Positions 46,522 to 61,628 of a stretch of DNA of 64,000 nt are shown here, piece after piece (position 1 is the stretch's first letter; each line of letters begins with the position of its first letter). This DNA comes from Blastocystis sp. Blastoise (taxonomy: Eukaryota > Protista > Bigyra: Opalinata): assembly GCA_039096225.1 (NCBI GenBank), contig JBBPEB010000028.1:1-64000 (forward strand), written 5' to 3'. A program made the translations under genes and the position numbers. The notes beneath the pieces were generated by a model. The model ran no database searches and was not told where the DNA came from. It saw nothing but the letters and a program-made list of their open reading frames with translations.

Positions 46522-46684
46522 GAATGTTTCTATATCAAACACTAAAATCACAAGCAAATACAACATAAAAGTTACTATCATAAGCACTAATGAATATGAA
46601 GTAACTTTTCAATAGACATCTGTCTAGCTTATGCTAAACTCAAAGCTATTAATGATTGAAATGCTTGGATACGCTGCAAAAGCA
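46522..46684 (-). ncRNA. Diverged H/ACA-like paralog; 3' end uncertain
   Basis: The 5' hairpin TGCTTTTGCAGCGTATCC...GAGTTTAGCATAAGCTAGA resembles the duplicated snoRNA. The H box is imperfect (AGACAG), and a possible ACA-TTC lies at about 46522-46527. Confidence 0.45.
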
Positions 46685-47991
46685 AAAATAAAAAATAAAA
46701 ATTAAGTAAATATGTATTTCATTAATATAAACATACATTAAATAGAATTAGAACTGATCTTTAAATAAATCAACTATTCATTATTCAAATGTAGATAACA
46801 ATGAAAATAAAATAAAAATGAATAGAAACCGAGAATAAAATGAAGAATAAATGGTTCCGTTTTTTTGTTAAGAAAGATCCATCTTGCAAGTAATATGAAT
46901 GTTGATCACTATACAGAAATTCAACTTATTTTTTCTAATAAAATCAATAACTATTGTTACATTGGTTTATCTATAGATTCTTGTCTATTATCATGGATAC
47001 GATGAATATTAAGAGTTGATTTATTGTAAAGATTTGTTTTGTCTGGAGAGAACAAGTCAAAGAACAGAATAAAAATAATAATATAGTGTTCATTGTGTGT
47101 TTCCATTAGTTAATTACAGATTCTGTTGTTATTAGCATTGTTCAAAGATTATATTCATATTAAGAATAGTATAGTTTCTATAAAAGATGTTTATTGTTAA
47201 TACTGTTTTTTCATTATATTCATTTTTGGGAACTTATATTCATGTTTTGAAGAATACAAGTTCTTATTTGTTATTTAGAAGTGTTTTTAATGGGTGAATT
47301 TGATTTTCTTTTTAAATAAAAGAATTTCTACTGACGACTATTGAATACTATTTGATTGCAAAGTAGCAATAAGAGTTTGATGAACCTTTGGGAATGAAGT
47401 AAAAATGGAATATATAAAAAAAAATCAAATAATTTCAAAAGATGGATCTCAATAAGAGTTTGTTGAAAAATTATATTGATTTTGTTCAGCAATAATAATA
47501 TATACTGCTTGTTTTAAGACTTCATTTTACTGTTATTAAGAACATATTTGCATTTCAAGCATAGAATTGTAAATAATCATCGCTATTTTTATTAGAAATG
47601 GCAATATTAGCCAATGCTATATTTATAAAATTGCCTAAAATGCATAAAAGCAATAAAAAAGAAATTAATGTTTTTTAATATTTGAAACATTTCATGAATA
47701 CTCATTTCTTATTATTTTAGAATCACCTAGCTATTTCAGAATAAATTGAATAATTTGCAAACAATAAAGAGAAAGAACTACTGTAGATTACCATTCACAT
47801 AGAAAGCTCTAAACACTATGTAAACACCTACATTGAGACATTTAGTGACAAGATGAATATTTTAGAATACAGAATTCTTCCAAAACGTCGTCAATAGTTG
47901 AAAAGAACTCTTTCAATCTGAATAACAATAAACATGAACATGAAGAAATAATTTGATTGGAGATTTTTCTAGAAAAATCTAAAGCTTAATT

Positions 47992-48118
47992 AATTTGTTA
48001 AACAGTGTTGACTAGTGCTATGTCATAAAGGTTCGCCAATCTTTCCCCAATTCTTTTTCTAGTTCCGCGGGAATCTCCGGTTTGGCAAAGCTATTGACAC
48101 ATTTTTCAATGACAAATT
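47992..48118. repeat. GC-rich imperfect fold-back element upstream of the MORN gene
   Basis: AATTTGTTA/TGACAAATT and GTGTTGA.TAG/CTATTGACAC arms. Contains TATGTCATAAAGGTTCGCCA. Confidence 0.5.
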
Positions 48119-48229
48119 CATCATCATTCACTTAATCTTTTTATCCCTAGAAGTTCTCTTAAAACATCTTGCATTTTTTTATTTTATCGTTTTCTTCATT
48201 AAATAGTTTTATTCAAAGCTCTCTTCAAA

Positions 48230-49601
48230 ATGTTAGGAAAAGTATTCTTAAAACGTGGCTTAACTTATGGAAAATTATGTATGAAAAGTTTCAGTTCTTC
48301 TGCAACTCACATTAACGGAATCATTAAAACTGTTAATTCTATTCCAAAGTTACCTTTAACAAGTCAAGTACCAACCATTTGTCAAGTTGCTGCTGGAAGA
48401 AGTATATAATTGAATAAATATTATTAATTTTTTTCTTTTAGAAGATGATTGCTCTATAAAATTTATATTTATATTTTCTATATCGTTTACATTAATTTTT
48501 TTTAAATCTATAGCATTTGCTAATGTGACTATATATGATATATGGCCAGATCACAAAGAAGAAAAAGATGATGAATCCATGAGTTTATTTTGTCTTGAGA
48601 AATTAGAGCATACTTATGAACAAAATAAAAGAAGACATTATTATGATAATGGTTTATGTTATGAAGGTAATCTTGTGAATGGTAAGATGGAAGGTCGTGG
48701 TATGTTATATCGTTATAATGATGAAGAATTAAAGTTTAATGAAGATGTAGCTAAGATTATGGAAGCTACAAAAGATATAGATCCTTCTTTAGTAGAAAAA
48801 ATCTTTAAACAAGAAATATTCAAACAAGCGAATAATGAAAGAAAGAATAATTTAGTTTATGAAGGTCAATTTAAAGAGGGTATGAAGAATGGTTATGGTA
48901 CAGAATATTTAGAAGATGGTACAAAATATATAGGTGATTTTGTGAATGATAAACGTGAAGGAAATGGTTGTTATGTATATCTTGATGGTAGTAAATTAAA
49001 ATGTATAATGAAAAATGGTGAAGCAGAAGGTAAAGGTACTATAATAAATAATGATGGAACTATTCGTTATGAAGGAGAATTTAAGCATGGTTTACCTGAA
49101 GGAAAAGGTACTTATTATTTACAATCAGGAGGTATATATACAGGAGATATGAAGAATGGAAAGATGGAAGGTCATGGGTCATTAACGTTACAAGGTATAT
49201 CTACTTATGAAGGTGAATTTGAAGATAATAAAATGCATGGTCAAGGAAAACTATATCAAGGAAATCGTTTAATATATGAAGGTACTTATCAACATGGTAC
49301 TATATGTGGACAAGGTCGTTTTAATTATAATGATGGTAGTATTTATGAAGGTGAATTTGTCAATGGTGTTCGTCAAGGTTATGGTTCTTATGTATTTGCA
49401 AATGGTATGTATAAAGGAGAATTTCATAATAATCTTCAAGATGGTCATGGAATATTATATCATGAAGATGGTTCTCGTTATGAAGGAGATTTCCAAGCAG
49501 GTGTACGACATGGAAAAGGTATTCAATATGATGCGGATGGAAATATTACTGAAGAACTTTTATATGATAATGGTATTATTGTAAAACCAAAACAACATTA
49601 A
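48230..49601 (+). CDS. MORN-repeat protein with a presequence-like N-terminal exon
   Basis: More than ten YEG(E/D/Q)F..G..(H/E)G.G repeats. Exon 1 MLGKVFLKRGLNYGKLCMKSFSSSATH... is joined in frame by an intron at about 48402-48513. Confidence 0.88.
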
Positions 49602-50160
49602 GTAGTACACATAAATACTTTTCTTTTTTCTCTTTTTTTAAATTTTAATTTATATTGATATCCATACTTTTCTTCTTTTTCTTTTTCATTTTTATTTATT
49701 ATTATTCTTTTTAATTTTAGAAATCTACTTTTATTATTTATTTGGATACTTATAAGAATAATATATTTTTTTTTAAATAAATATATTCTTATTTTAATCT
49801 TTAGCGTTGCTTGATCTATGAAATGAAATCACATTCATTATATATGTTTTCCACTCTTGTTTTGTGTTTGTTTTTCTACTATTCGATTTAGGTAGAAATG
49901 GATATTTACGAATACAATCAACAAATACTTAACATTCGTTACAAACAACTGATAACAAAAGATTAAAATGACTTGTAAATAATGAATAGTAAAGGAGACG
50001 TTAGTAGATACTTTAATATTATTGGATTAAAAAAATATTCTTGTGCTTACAAAATTCTTCTTTTGGTTTTTATTCTCTTCTAAACCACGGGAATCGAAAG
50101 TTCGTAAACAACAATAAAATTAATTATTTTCATATATACTTTTACCCAAAGATATTCATA

Positions 50161-51844
50161 ATGTCAAATGAAAACAATGTTCCTGATAATGCCAATGATG
50201 GTTGTGAAGGCATAGGATCTGCTAATGCAGGTAAAGCTTTAACTTGTTCTGGTTGTCCTAATCAATCTAAATGTTCTGGAAATAGTGGTCCTGATCCAGG
50301 TACTTTTTAAAATTAATATTTTTCCTGAAAATTATGTTTTTTTATATATATTATTATCAAATTTATAGCTGTCGAAAAGATCCGTGAAAGAATGAAGAAT
50401 ATAAAGCATAAGATAATTGTATTATCTGGTAAAGGAGGTGTTGGTAAGAGTACTGTTTCTTCGCAATTAGCTTGGTGTCTTGCTGATAAAGGAAAACAAG
50501 TATATATATATTTTTTAATGAATATTCATTATATATATTTTTTGGAATATATCTATTTATGATTATTATTATACTTGGTCATATTTTTTGTTATGATTAT
50601 TTGTTTCTATAGGTAGGTATATTAGATATCGATATATGTGGCCCTTCTATTCCTCGTATGATGGGTGTTATCTCTGGTGAAGTGCATCAAAGTGGATCAG
50701 GTTGGGAACCTGTATATGTATCCGAGAATCTCTCTGTTATGAGTATTGGATTCTTATTACCCAATCGTGATGACGCAGTCATCTGGAGAGGAGCCAAGAA
50801 ACATGGTAAACAGATAGTTATTATATTATTTTTATTATTTTTATTTATTATATTATTATTATTTATATTTATTATTTTATTTATATTATTTATAATATTA
50901 ATAATTATTATAATATAATATTAATAATTATTATAATATAATAATAATTATTATAATATAATATTAATAATTATTATAATATAATAATAATAATTATTAT
51001 ATAGGTCTTATTCAACAATTTTTAACAGATATTAATTGGGGCAATTTAGATTATCTTATTATTGATACTCCCCCAGGTACTTCCGATGAGCATATTTCTA
51101 TAGTAACTTTCTTAAAGGAAGTTGGTTTAGATGGTGCTGTTGTTGTTACTACTCCTCAAGAAGTATCACTTCAAGATGTTCGAAAAGAACTTAATTTCTG
51201 TACCAAAACTAATATTAATATTCTTGGAGTCATCGAAAATATGTCTGAATTAAGAGTATTTCTATTATTATTATGCTTTTATGATTATCTATTTTTTTAT
51301 AATACTATTTTAAAAATATCTTTATTTTTAAGGTATTTATAATAATAACTAATCATAATAATATATAATTTCTATTCTACTCGAACTATATAGTGTGAAG
51401 TTGGTGATTGTACATTTAGAGACTTATTAGGTAACGATATTAGTAAAGATATTAAAGAGAAAATCAAAGAAAAATTACCTGAATTATTATCTATTAACGC
51501 ATGTATTGATATATTCCCTCCTTCTAATGGTGGTACTACTGCTATGTGTGAGAAATATAAGATTCCTTTCTTAGGTCGTATTCCCTTAGAGAAATGTGTA
51601 GAAAGAAGTTCTGAAAGTGGAAGTAGTATACTTGAAATAGATCACGTTGGAACTGCTGGATCCTCTTTTGTTAAAATTATTCGTATATATATTATTCTAT
51701 CAACTATTATTTTATAATTTTATTATTACTATTATAATTTTAATATTTTATTACTTTATTATTACTGTAATTTTATTAATTACACATTTATATTTGTATT
51801 TATATATCTCTATAGATACTATTGAGTGTGCTCTTAGCAAGTAA
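50161..51844 (+). CDS. NBP35: Cytosolic Fe-S assembly factor Nbp35/NUBP1, multi-exon
   Basis: N-terminal C..C..C..C (CEG...[11 protein letters not shown]), [51 protein letters not shown]. Confidence 0.93.
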
Positions 51845-52040
51845 TGTCTTTTATTCTTAACATATATAAACATATATATAAATTCATTTGAAAAGAGTAA
51901 CATTGACTAATTATATACAAAGGTATTCTTTCCTTTAATAGTTGTTTTTTTTATAGATATCTAATACTTTATGTTTTGTTCATTTAAAAAAAAACAATTA
52001 TTTTTAAATTAAAAATAAAAATTCTAATATATGAGATTCA

Positions 52041-52765
52041 TTAGTTTTTTTTACTAGCTTCTTCTTTAAGAGTTAACATTTCCAAACATGCCTATAATAT
52101 ATATAAATATATACATATATTATGACAAATAATATACATTATTTACTGCAGAAAAATAAAAAGATATATAATATATATACTTGTGCCCATCCATATCCAT
52201 GATTACTTTCATCATTATCCTTAAATCCACAACGAAGACGAGCTTGATCTTCATTTAAACAAGTAAGAACACCAAAAATAACAGGTTTTCCTGTATCAAG
52301 ACCTAATCGCATTAAACCCTATATAAAAAATGTTTTTAAGCAAATTCTATTTCGTTTCATTATCAAAATAAATTCATATCAAAGTAAACTCATATCAAAA
52401 TTTAATAATAATAAAAAAATACTTGAGAAACAGCTTCGGAAATATACTCAAAATGCATAGTTGATCCTTTTATTAATAAACCAATAGCAATAACAGCATC
52501 AAAACCAGAGTCTAATATATACTTACAAGCTAAGGGGAGTTCATAAGATCCAGGAGCAGAAAAACACTTGATTTCTGTGACATTTGCTTTTTCTAACACA
52601 GAGATAACAGCTTTCTCAGCACGTTCAGTGATATCAGCATGCCATTTTGCTCTTACTATAGCAATTCTAGCATTAGGACAAAATAAATTTGTGATTTCAG
52701 GTAACTACAATCATATAGACGATAACCATATTAATTATATTAGGATATACATCGTGATCGAACAT
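52041..52765 (-). CDS. RIB4: 6,7-dimethyl-8-ribityllumazine synthase (Rib4/RibH), four exons
   Basis: RIAIVRAKWH, PGSYELP, IAIGLLIKGSTMHFEYI, PVIFGVLTCL..QARLRCG, NHGYGWA. Confidence 0.93.
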
Positions 52766-52809
52766 TTTTAAAGATCAGAAATAAATGGCTAAAAAGTTTT
52801 CTGTTAGTA

Positions 52810-52919
52810 AGGCATGTATTCTAAGGAAGTCTTTTCCTTCGCTTTGAGAGCCTAGAAACACCGCAGGACTGGTTTTTCTAGGATATCTGTATACCAAGAG
52901 AGGCTTTATGACATACCCT
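52810..52919. repeat. GC-rich degenerate palindrome in the RIB4/PRP31 divergent promoter
   Basis: Central CCTAGAAAcACC..GGTtTTTCTAGG hairpin, with outer GGCATGT/ACATACC arms. Contains CTTTATGACATA. Confidence 0.55.
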
Positions 52920-53046
52920 GATTGTTTTTATCAAATATATTTTATTTTTTCTACTCAAATCTATTTTGCTGTTTTATTCCTTTAATACAGCTTTAATACT
53001 ATAAATATTTATCAAACTACTTATTTCATTTAATTTCTATTTGAAC

Positions 53047-55751
53047 ATGGTATGTACTATAATCTTATTTGCTGTTTATTGTTAATTAGAGTACTTTAGC
53101 TGATTCATTTCTAGCTGATTTGGAAGAATTGGAAGATGATGAGAATGTTGAAAACGAGGATATTAATAAAAGTGATTTAGCTAAAGAATTTGAAGATGAT
53201 GTGGACATGGATGGTATGGAAGATGAAGAAGACGCTCCTGATATGAACACTGTAATTATTCTATCCTATTTATAATTGTTAATGAATAGTTTATATCGTT
53301 TATTTTTTATTTCTGTAGATTGTTGGAGATATTCATTCAGGAACGGTAAATACTGTAAAGCATCTTGTGGATGATCCAAATTTTAAACGACATATTGAAT
53401 TGATTCAACAATATATGAACGAAGATAGTATGAATCCTCAAGGAGTCACTACTAAGGGTTTAGAAAATAAAATAGAGTACATATATATGTTATTTTTACA
53501 AACATATATATATTCTTTGATATAGATATATTATTCTTTATTTTCTTTTATATAGATCAAATGTCATTATAGAATCAAATGAGATTTTATTGAATATTAG
53601 TGAAGAGATTTCAAATATTCAAAAGAAAGTTTCCAGTTTATATGATACCAAGTTCCCCGAATTACCAAGTATATTAACTAACGCTATGGATTATATTCGT
53701 GTTGTTGAACGTGTTGGCAATGAAATGGTAAGCATTATTATTATGTTTATGGTGTTATTATTATGTTTATTATATTTATTATGTTATTATTATGTTTATT
53801 TGTTTATTTGTTTATTTGTTTATAATAATAATTATTATTATTATGTTTATTCTCTATTCTTTATTATATATATATGTATTTATTAACGTTCTCCCTTATA
53901 TTTTATAAATATATTTCTAGGATATCACATTATTTGATTTCTCAGATATATTGCCTTCTAATTTATCGATGGTTGTTACTATATCTGGTTCTACGACTCA
54001 TGGAAAGCCCTTGTCTCCTGAGGATCTTCATACAGTTCAACAATATTGTCAAGAAGCTCTTCAACTCGATGAGAAACGTACATGGATCCTTCAGTTTATA
54101 GAGAGTCGAATGGTACAATTAGCTCCTAATCTATCTTCTTTATTAGGTACTCATATTTCTGCATTGTTATTAGGACAGGCAGGTGGATTGAAATCTTTAG
54201 CGTCTATGCCTTCTTGTAATGTTATGGTATATTATTAAGATCTATACATAGAAGATGGCTTATAGTGTTTTTTATCATTTTTTATCATTTTTATCATTTT
54301 TATCATTTTTTATCATTTTTATCATTTTTATTATTTTTTAATCAATTTTTATCATTTTTTGATATATTTTAATGATTAGATTAATATATATATTAAAACA
54401 GTTTTTTTATAATTTTTTTATCATTATTCATATTAAGTAGTTTATTATTTTTATACTAATAATTGTTTGTCTGTATTATTATAATCAATAAATGATTGTA
54501 TCTCTAGGTGATTGGTCAGAATAAGCAGGACCAGGATTATTCATTCAGTTCTGTTCAGCATGCAGGTATAGTCTATCAATCGGATCTCATACAAGAATGC
54601 CCGCCTGATCTCAGAACCAAAGCATGCAGGTATTACAAATATTCTATGCAACATTTTTATATTATCTTCTTTATTTATATATATGTATATATATCATTAT
54701 TCTTTAATATTTAGAGGATACATATACATATATATGTATATATATTTAATTATCTATATATTTATATTAATATTTCTAAATATAAATATTCTATAGAGTT
54801 CTTGCTAATAAGTTAGTTTTAGCCGCTCGAAAGGATTTAGTAGGGAGTGAAGATGGCTCTCTTGGGGAGGAATACCGTCGTGTTATTCAGAGTAAAATCG
54901 AACTGTGGCAGAAACCTACTCAGGGACCTACAATAAAACCAATGGCTGCTCCAGGATCTAAGCCTCATAAGAAGAGAGGAGGAAGAAGGTAGATTTATTT
55001 ATATATATTTATGTTATTTATTTATGTTATTTTATGTTATTTATTTATTTTATTATGTTATTTTTATTTTATGTTAATTATAATATACATGTATGTAATT
55101 ATAATTCATATCTATAATATATTTATATAATTTTCAAAATAGTTTATAAAATGGTTCCTACTATACTATAAATATCCTATACTCTATAGAGTTCGTCGTA
55201 TTAAGGAGAGATTAGGTCAGACAGAAATGCATAAGTTGCAGAATCGTATGACCTTTGGTATATCCTCTGGTGATTATGCTGATGATGCTATGATGGACGA
55301 TGACTTTGGCATGATAGGACAAGAAGGAAGTGGAGTACTGAAAACGACAGTTCATAAACAATCGATGGGTATTCTCATATATATATTTTCTTATTATATT
55401 TAGACTTATTCTACTATGTATATATCTTTCATTCATATTTATTATATCTTTTCGTTTTCTTCTATATACATTTATAATATATATATATATTCATATTTTT
55501 CTAGCTCGATATGCTGCAAAACGTCTTTCTAAAGTGAATATGGGAGCTGGAACTTCAGGAACAGCTTCATCATTTGTCTTTAATCAAGGACAAGTATATA
55601 TAATAATATCATTTATTATACATCTTTATTCATAAATATATATCTATATTTTTAGGGACTTGAAATTGTTAATCCTAGAAAACAAGCCAAAAAAGGTGAT
55701 GATAAGTATTTTTCTTCTTCTAGTGGTTTTGCAAGTGTTCGCCCTAATTAA
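53047..55751 (+). CDS. PRP31: U4/U6 snRNP protein Prp31, multi-exon (first coding exon is the ATG only)
   Basis: M|STLADSFLADLEEL, YDTKFPELPS, FIESRMVQLAPNLS, LASMPSCNV, LAARKD, KKRGGRRVRRIKER, LQNRMTFG, SGTASSFVF..QGLEIVNP. Confidence 0.94.
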
Positions 55752-56037
55752 TATTAAACTTTTCTATATAATTTTTAATACTTTTATGTCATTTTCATAT
55801 TTGTGTTTTTTTTTAAATGATATATTTGTTTTTAATGTTTATGTTATTATATATAAAGATATAAATCATACAACAACAATATTTAAACAATTAAAAGTCT
55901 CTCTTTCGTCATTTCTGACAAAAAAAAAACTTTTATTTAAAAAATATTCAATCCGGTTTAATTAATATTTTTCAGCGAGAAATTGTATTTATTCATGATT
56001 AGATTTCTTTTCTTAATTGACAAGTGTTATTTGTACA

Positions 56038-57560
56038 ATGTTACCTCCTGGACATTATCAAACTACCTTGGCTCTCTATAGATCTATATTAAGAGAAGGA
56101 AAACAATTTCCAGATATTGTAATTTTCTTATCCAATAGTCTAGTCGATTTATAGATTGGAAGTTCTTATATTCACTGGAGAGCACGTATGTTATTTCGAA
56201 GATATAGTAAAGAAGTCTCAACGAATAAAGTCAATGAGTATTTATCGAATGGAAGGAAGTATTTAAGGCAGATTGAACGTGCAAATCATGGTATACTATT
56301 TATTCTATACATTTTTAATAATAATTGTTTTTTATTTTTTATTGTTATACTATAATTAATTTATTTAGGTGACTATAAGTCTTTTGAAAGAATTATTCAA
56401 TCCGCATATTGCACTCGTGGTAGATTATATCATATTTTATGGTGGAGAATTGAGAATGAGCATAAAGCACTTATTGGAATAGCTAATGACAGAACTGAAA
56501 TTAAGAAATACAGGTAAATTAGTTGATAATTTTTTCTTAATAAATGATTATTATATATTATATAATAATGAGTATATATATATAATAGATATGGTCGTCA
56601 TTTTTATTTAAAAGCAATGAGTGATTTCAGTGATTTACCGCCAGAAATTGAAGACTGGATACGAACTTGTATTATTATCTATACAGTATATATATATATA
56701 TATATATATTTATGAATATATTTTTAGATAAACATAACTGTTTAGTTCGACAAAGTTTTGTCGATATAAATCAATATTTAATAATACTATACAAATATAC
56801 ATAGGAAGATTGGCTAAAGAAATCTCAGTTAAAAACATCTCAACCTAATAAAATTAATGTAAAAACAAATAAGACTGACAGTCTTGATTCTCTACCGAAA
56901 GTTAAATATCAATATATCCTTATTATATATATGAATGAATGTTCTTTTTGTCTATTGAATGATATAAAACTAAATTAAAAAAAATATTTTATTTATAAAA
57001 TGTAAATATATATATTATAATGTATTAAGATCTTTCTTTAATTATCGCTTACTGCCTCCATGTATTCAATTATATTTACAGCAATGCATTGTAGATAAAG
57101 AACGTTTTTATAAGCGTCGTTTTCTGTCTATAGCTACTCAAGTGCCTCCTGTTACTTCTATTCATTTAAAGGAAAATACTAATATTCATAATCTTGTGGA
57201 GTTATTGATGGGAACAGGGGATTCCACAGTGGAAAATAACAGTATTCCCGTGAAAATTAATAAATCCAAAGAATCATCTTTAGAAACATTAAAATCATTA
57301 CCAGTTCATTGTCGTATAGATCAATCCTATGAAGGTATTTCATAATAATAGTAATTTTTATTAATATTATTAGTTTTATTATCATTGCTTTCTTTATTAT
57401 TTATTATTATTTATATATTATATATATATTATCTAATAACTCAATAGTATATGATGAAGAAAAAGAAGCTGAAAATATCTTGAATTCTGATTGGTTTAAG
57501 CGTGAAACAAATAATTTATTAAAAATAATGGAAAACGATGTTTCAGTTCGTAATCGTTAG
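56038..57560 (+). CDS. LYR-motif (Complex1_LYR-like) protein with a long C-terminal extension, multi-exon, mostly missed by the ORF track
   Basis: MLPPGHYQTTLALYRSILREGKQFPD..YIHWRARMLFRRY...GRKYLRQIERANHGD..SFERIIQSAYCTRGRLYH. Middle exons were not all resolved. Confidence 0.7.
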
Positions 57561-58070
57561 TTTATAGTGATGATGTTCTATCTATTTATTGTTATATTAT
57601 TAGGATCTATGGAGGTATGTTTGCTTTAAAAAGATGTTTTTATAAAAATAAGCATAAAATTTTCTTTTTTCTACTTTTTCTCTTTTGGTTGGGTAATACT
57701 TTATGAATCAAAGCTGTTATTCTTGTTTCTGTTTTTATTTTTATAATATATAATAGTTTTCACATTATATATATACATAGGGTTGACTATTTTAATTTTA
57801 AAATGTGGTTTATATAAAAACATTTTAATATCTCATTGTTTTTATTATTCAATAAAGAAACGTATAGAGTGATTCATTATGTAATATTATAATAGCAGAA
57901 GAGACGATGAAATTCAATAGTTATTAAGTAGAAGAATAGTGTTTATTATTAGTATTCACGAATAGCAAAACAATGTGAACTACTTTATAGCTTTTTATTA
58001 TACATCAAAATCACAGTAAGACAACAACAACAAAACGAGAAAAAAGAGAATGATAAAAGAATAGAATAGA

Positions 58071-59756
<1,686 letters not shown>

Positions 59757-60034
59757 AATCTCTATTTATACAAATCTACAAACAATAATCAAAATATATT
59801 TAAAAATGACTTAGACAATTCAAATAAAAGGTTTTTTTCTTTTCTTTTGAAAATATTTGAAATGACGCTGTTCATCATATTATTCCCCTGTTTATTTACT
59901 TATTTGTTGACAAGTCAATTAATACTGAAAAATAGAATTATTTTGCCTTACGAATGAGACACTCCCATGAAAACATTTTTCGTCACTCTTTTTCTTAGAA
60001 ACAGTCTGCGGTTTTTATCAGAAAGGTTTTTATC

Positions 60035-61220
60035 ATGTTTTCAATTAATAATTGTTCTACGTCAAAGTATATATTCAATCTTTCAAAAAGGTATTTTATA
60101 AAAGTAAATCCTATTCTGTTCTATACAACTAGATTATTTGCAATGAAGGCTACTTTATCTGGTAAACCTGAATCTAAGATTATTCCTTTTATCGCTTCTA
60201 TTTGTGGTGTTAAAGTTGAATGCATTGAAGATGCTAATAATGTATATATATTATTATTTTGATTCTTTTCATATATACAAAAGACAAGTTAACTTTCTAA
60301 ATGTTGCTATTATTGTTCTTATTACTAATTAAATCATTGTTTAGACTACTTCTTTTACTGATGGTGCTACTACTCTCACTGAATTAAAGGATATTCTCTG
60401 TTATATTCCTACTAAGAGTAAAGAAGGCAAGAAACTTCTTGGATCCTCTAAGGATGATGTACAAAATGTATATATTTAGTTAATATATATTATTAGTTAT
60501 TCTATTATTTATTATATTATTTATTATATTATTTATTATATTATTTATTATATTATTTATTATATTATTTATTATATTATTTATTATATTATTTATTATA
60601 TTATTTATTCTATTATTTATTCTATTATTTATTCTATTATTTATTCTATTATTTATTCTATTATTTATTCTATTATTTATTCTATTATTATATAATATTT
60701 ATTATATATATAGGTTCAAACTTGGATGGATTTTTATCAAAGTAATTTTGTTCAAGAAATTCAATTTGAGAAAGCTGCTAATGAAATGAATTCTACTTTA
60801 TTAACTCAATCGTTTATTTCTCTTCCTAATACTATTACTCTTGCTGATTATGTTTTATACTTTGCTTTATATAATCATTTAGTATATATATATTATAATA
60901 TATCCTTTTATATCCTTTTACTTACATAATCATTTATATATATATATTATAATATATCCTTTTATATTCTTTTACTTATATAATCATTTAATATATATAT
61001 ATTATAATTTAATCTTTTATATACTTTTATAATAATATGATTATATATATATATATATATATAGGTAAATATTCAAGACCCTACGAATTATTTGAATATA
61101 TTCCGTTGGTATAACTATGTTCAACATACTTCGGAAGTCGAAAATGCTGAGAATCACCATCCTTTATTACCTTTTGATGTTACTAAGAGATACCATGTTA
61201 AAAACATAAAGAAGGCTGAA

Positions 61221-61275
<55 letters not shown>

Positions 61276-61597
61276 CCTGTTTTATTATGTTATATATATA
61301 TAGTATTAATATATTTTATTTAATTTACTCTATATATATATATATAGAAGGCTGCTAAAGCTCCTAAACAACAAGGTGATAAGCCCAAAGAAGAAAAGAA
61401 GGAAGAAGCTAAAGTTGATGGTATATATATATAATGATTATTATATGTTTGATTATTATATATTTGATTATTATATGTTTGATTATTATTATTATTATTA
61501 TATTTATTATTATATATATATAGAGAATGTAATAAGCAAATTAGATATTCGTGTCGGTAGATTATTAAAAGTATGGCCTCATCCTGATTCTGATAAG

Positions 61598-61628
<31 letters not shown>

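Noticed and set aside
52780-52925. FMN riboswitch upstream of lumazine synthase
   Set aside because: It lacks the conserved FMN aptamer words (e.g. GGGUGAAAUUCCC..CCGG) on both strands. It is a simple degenerate palindrome.
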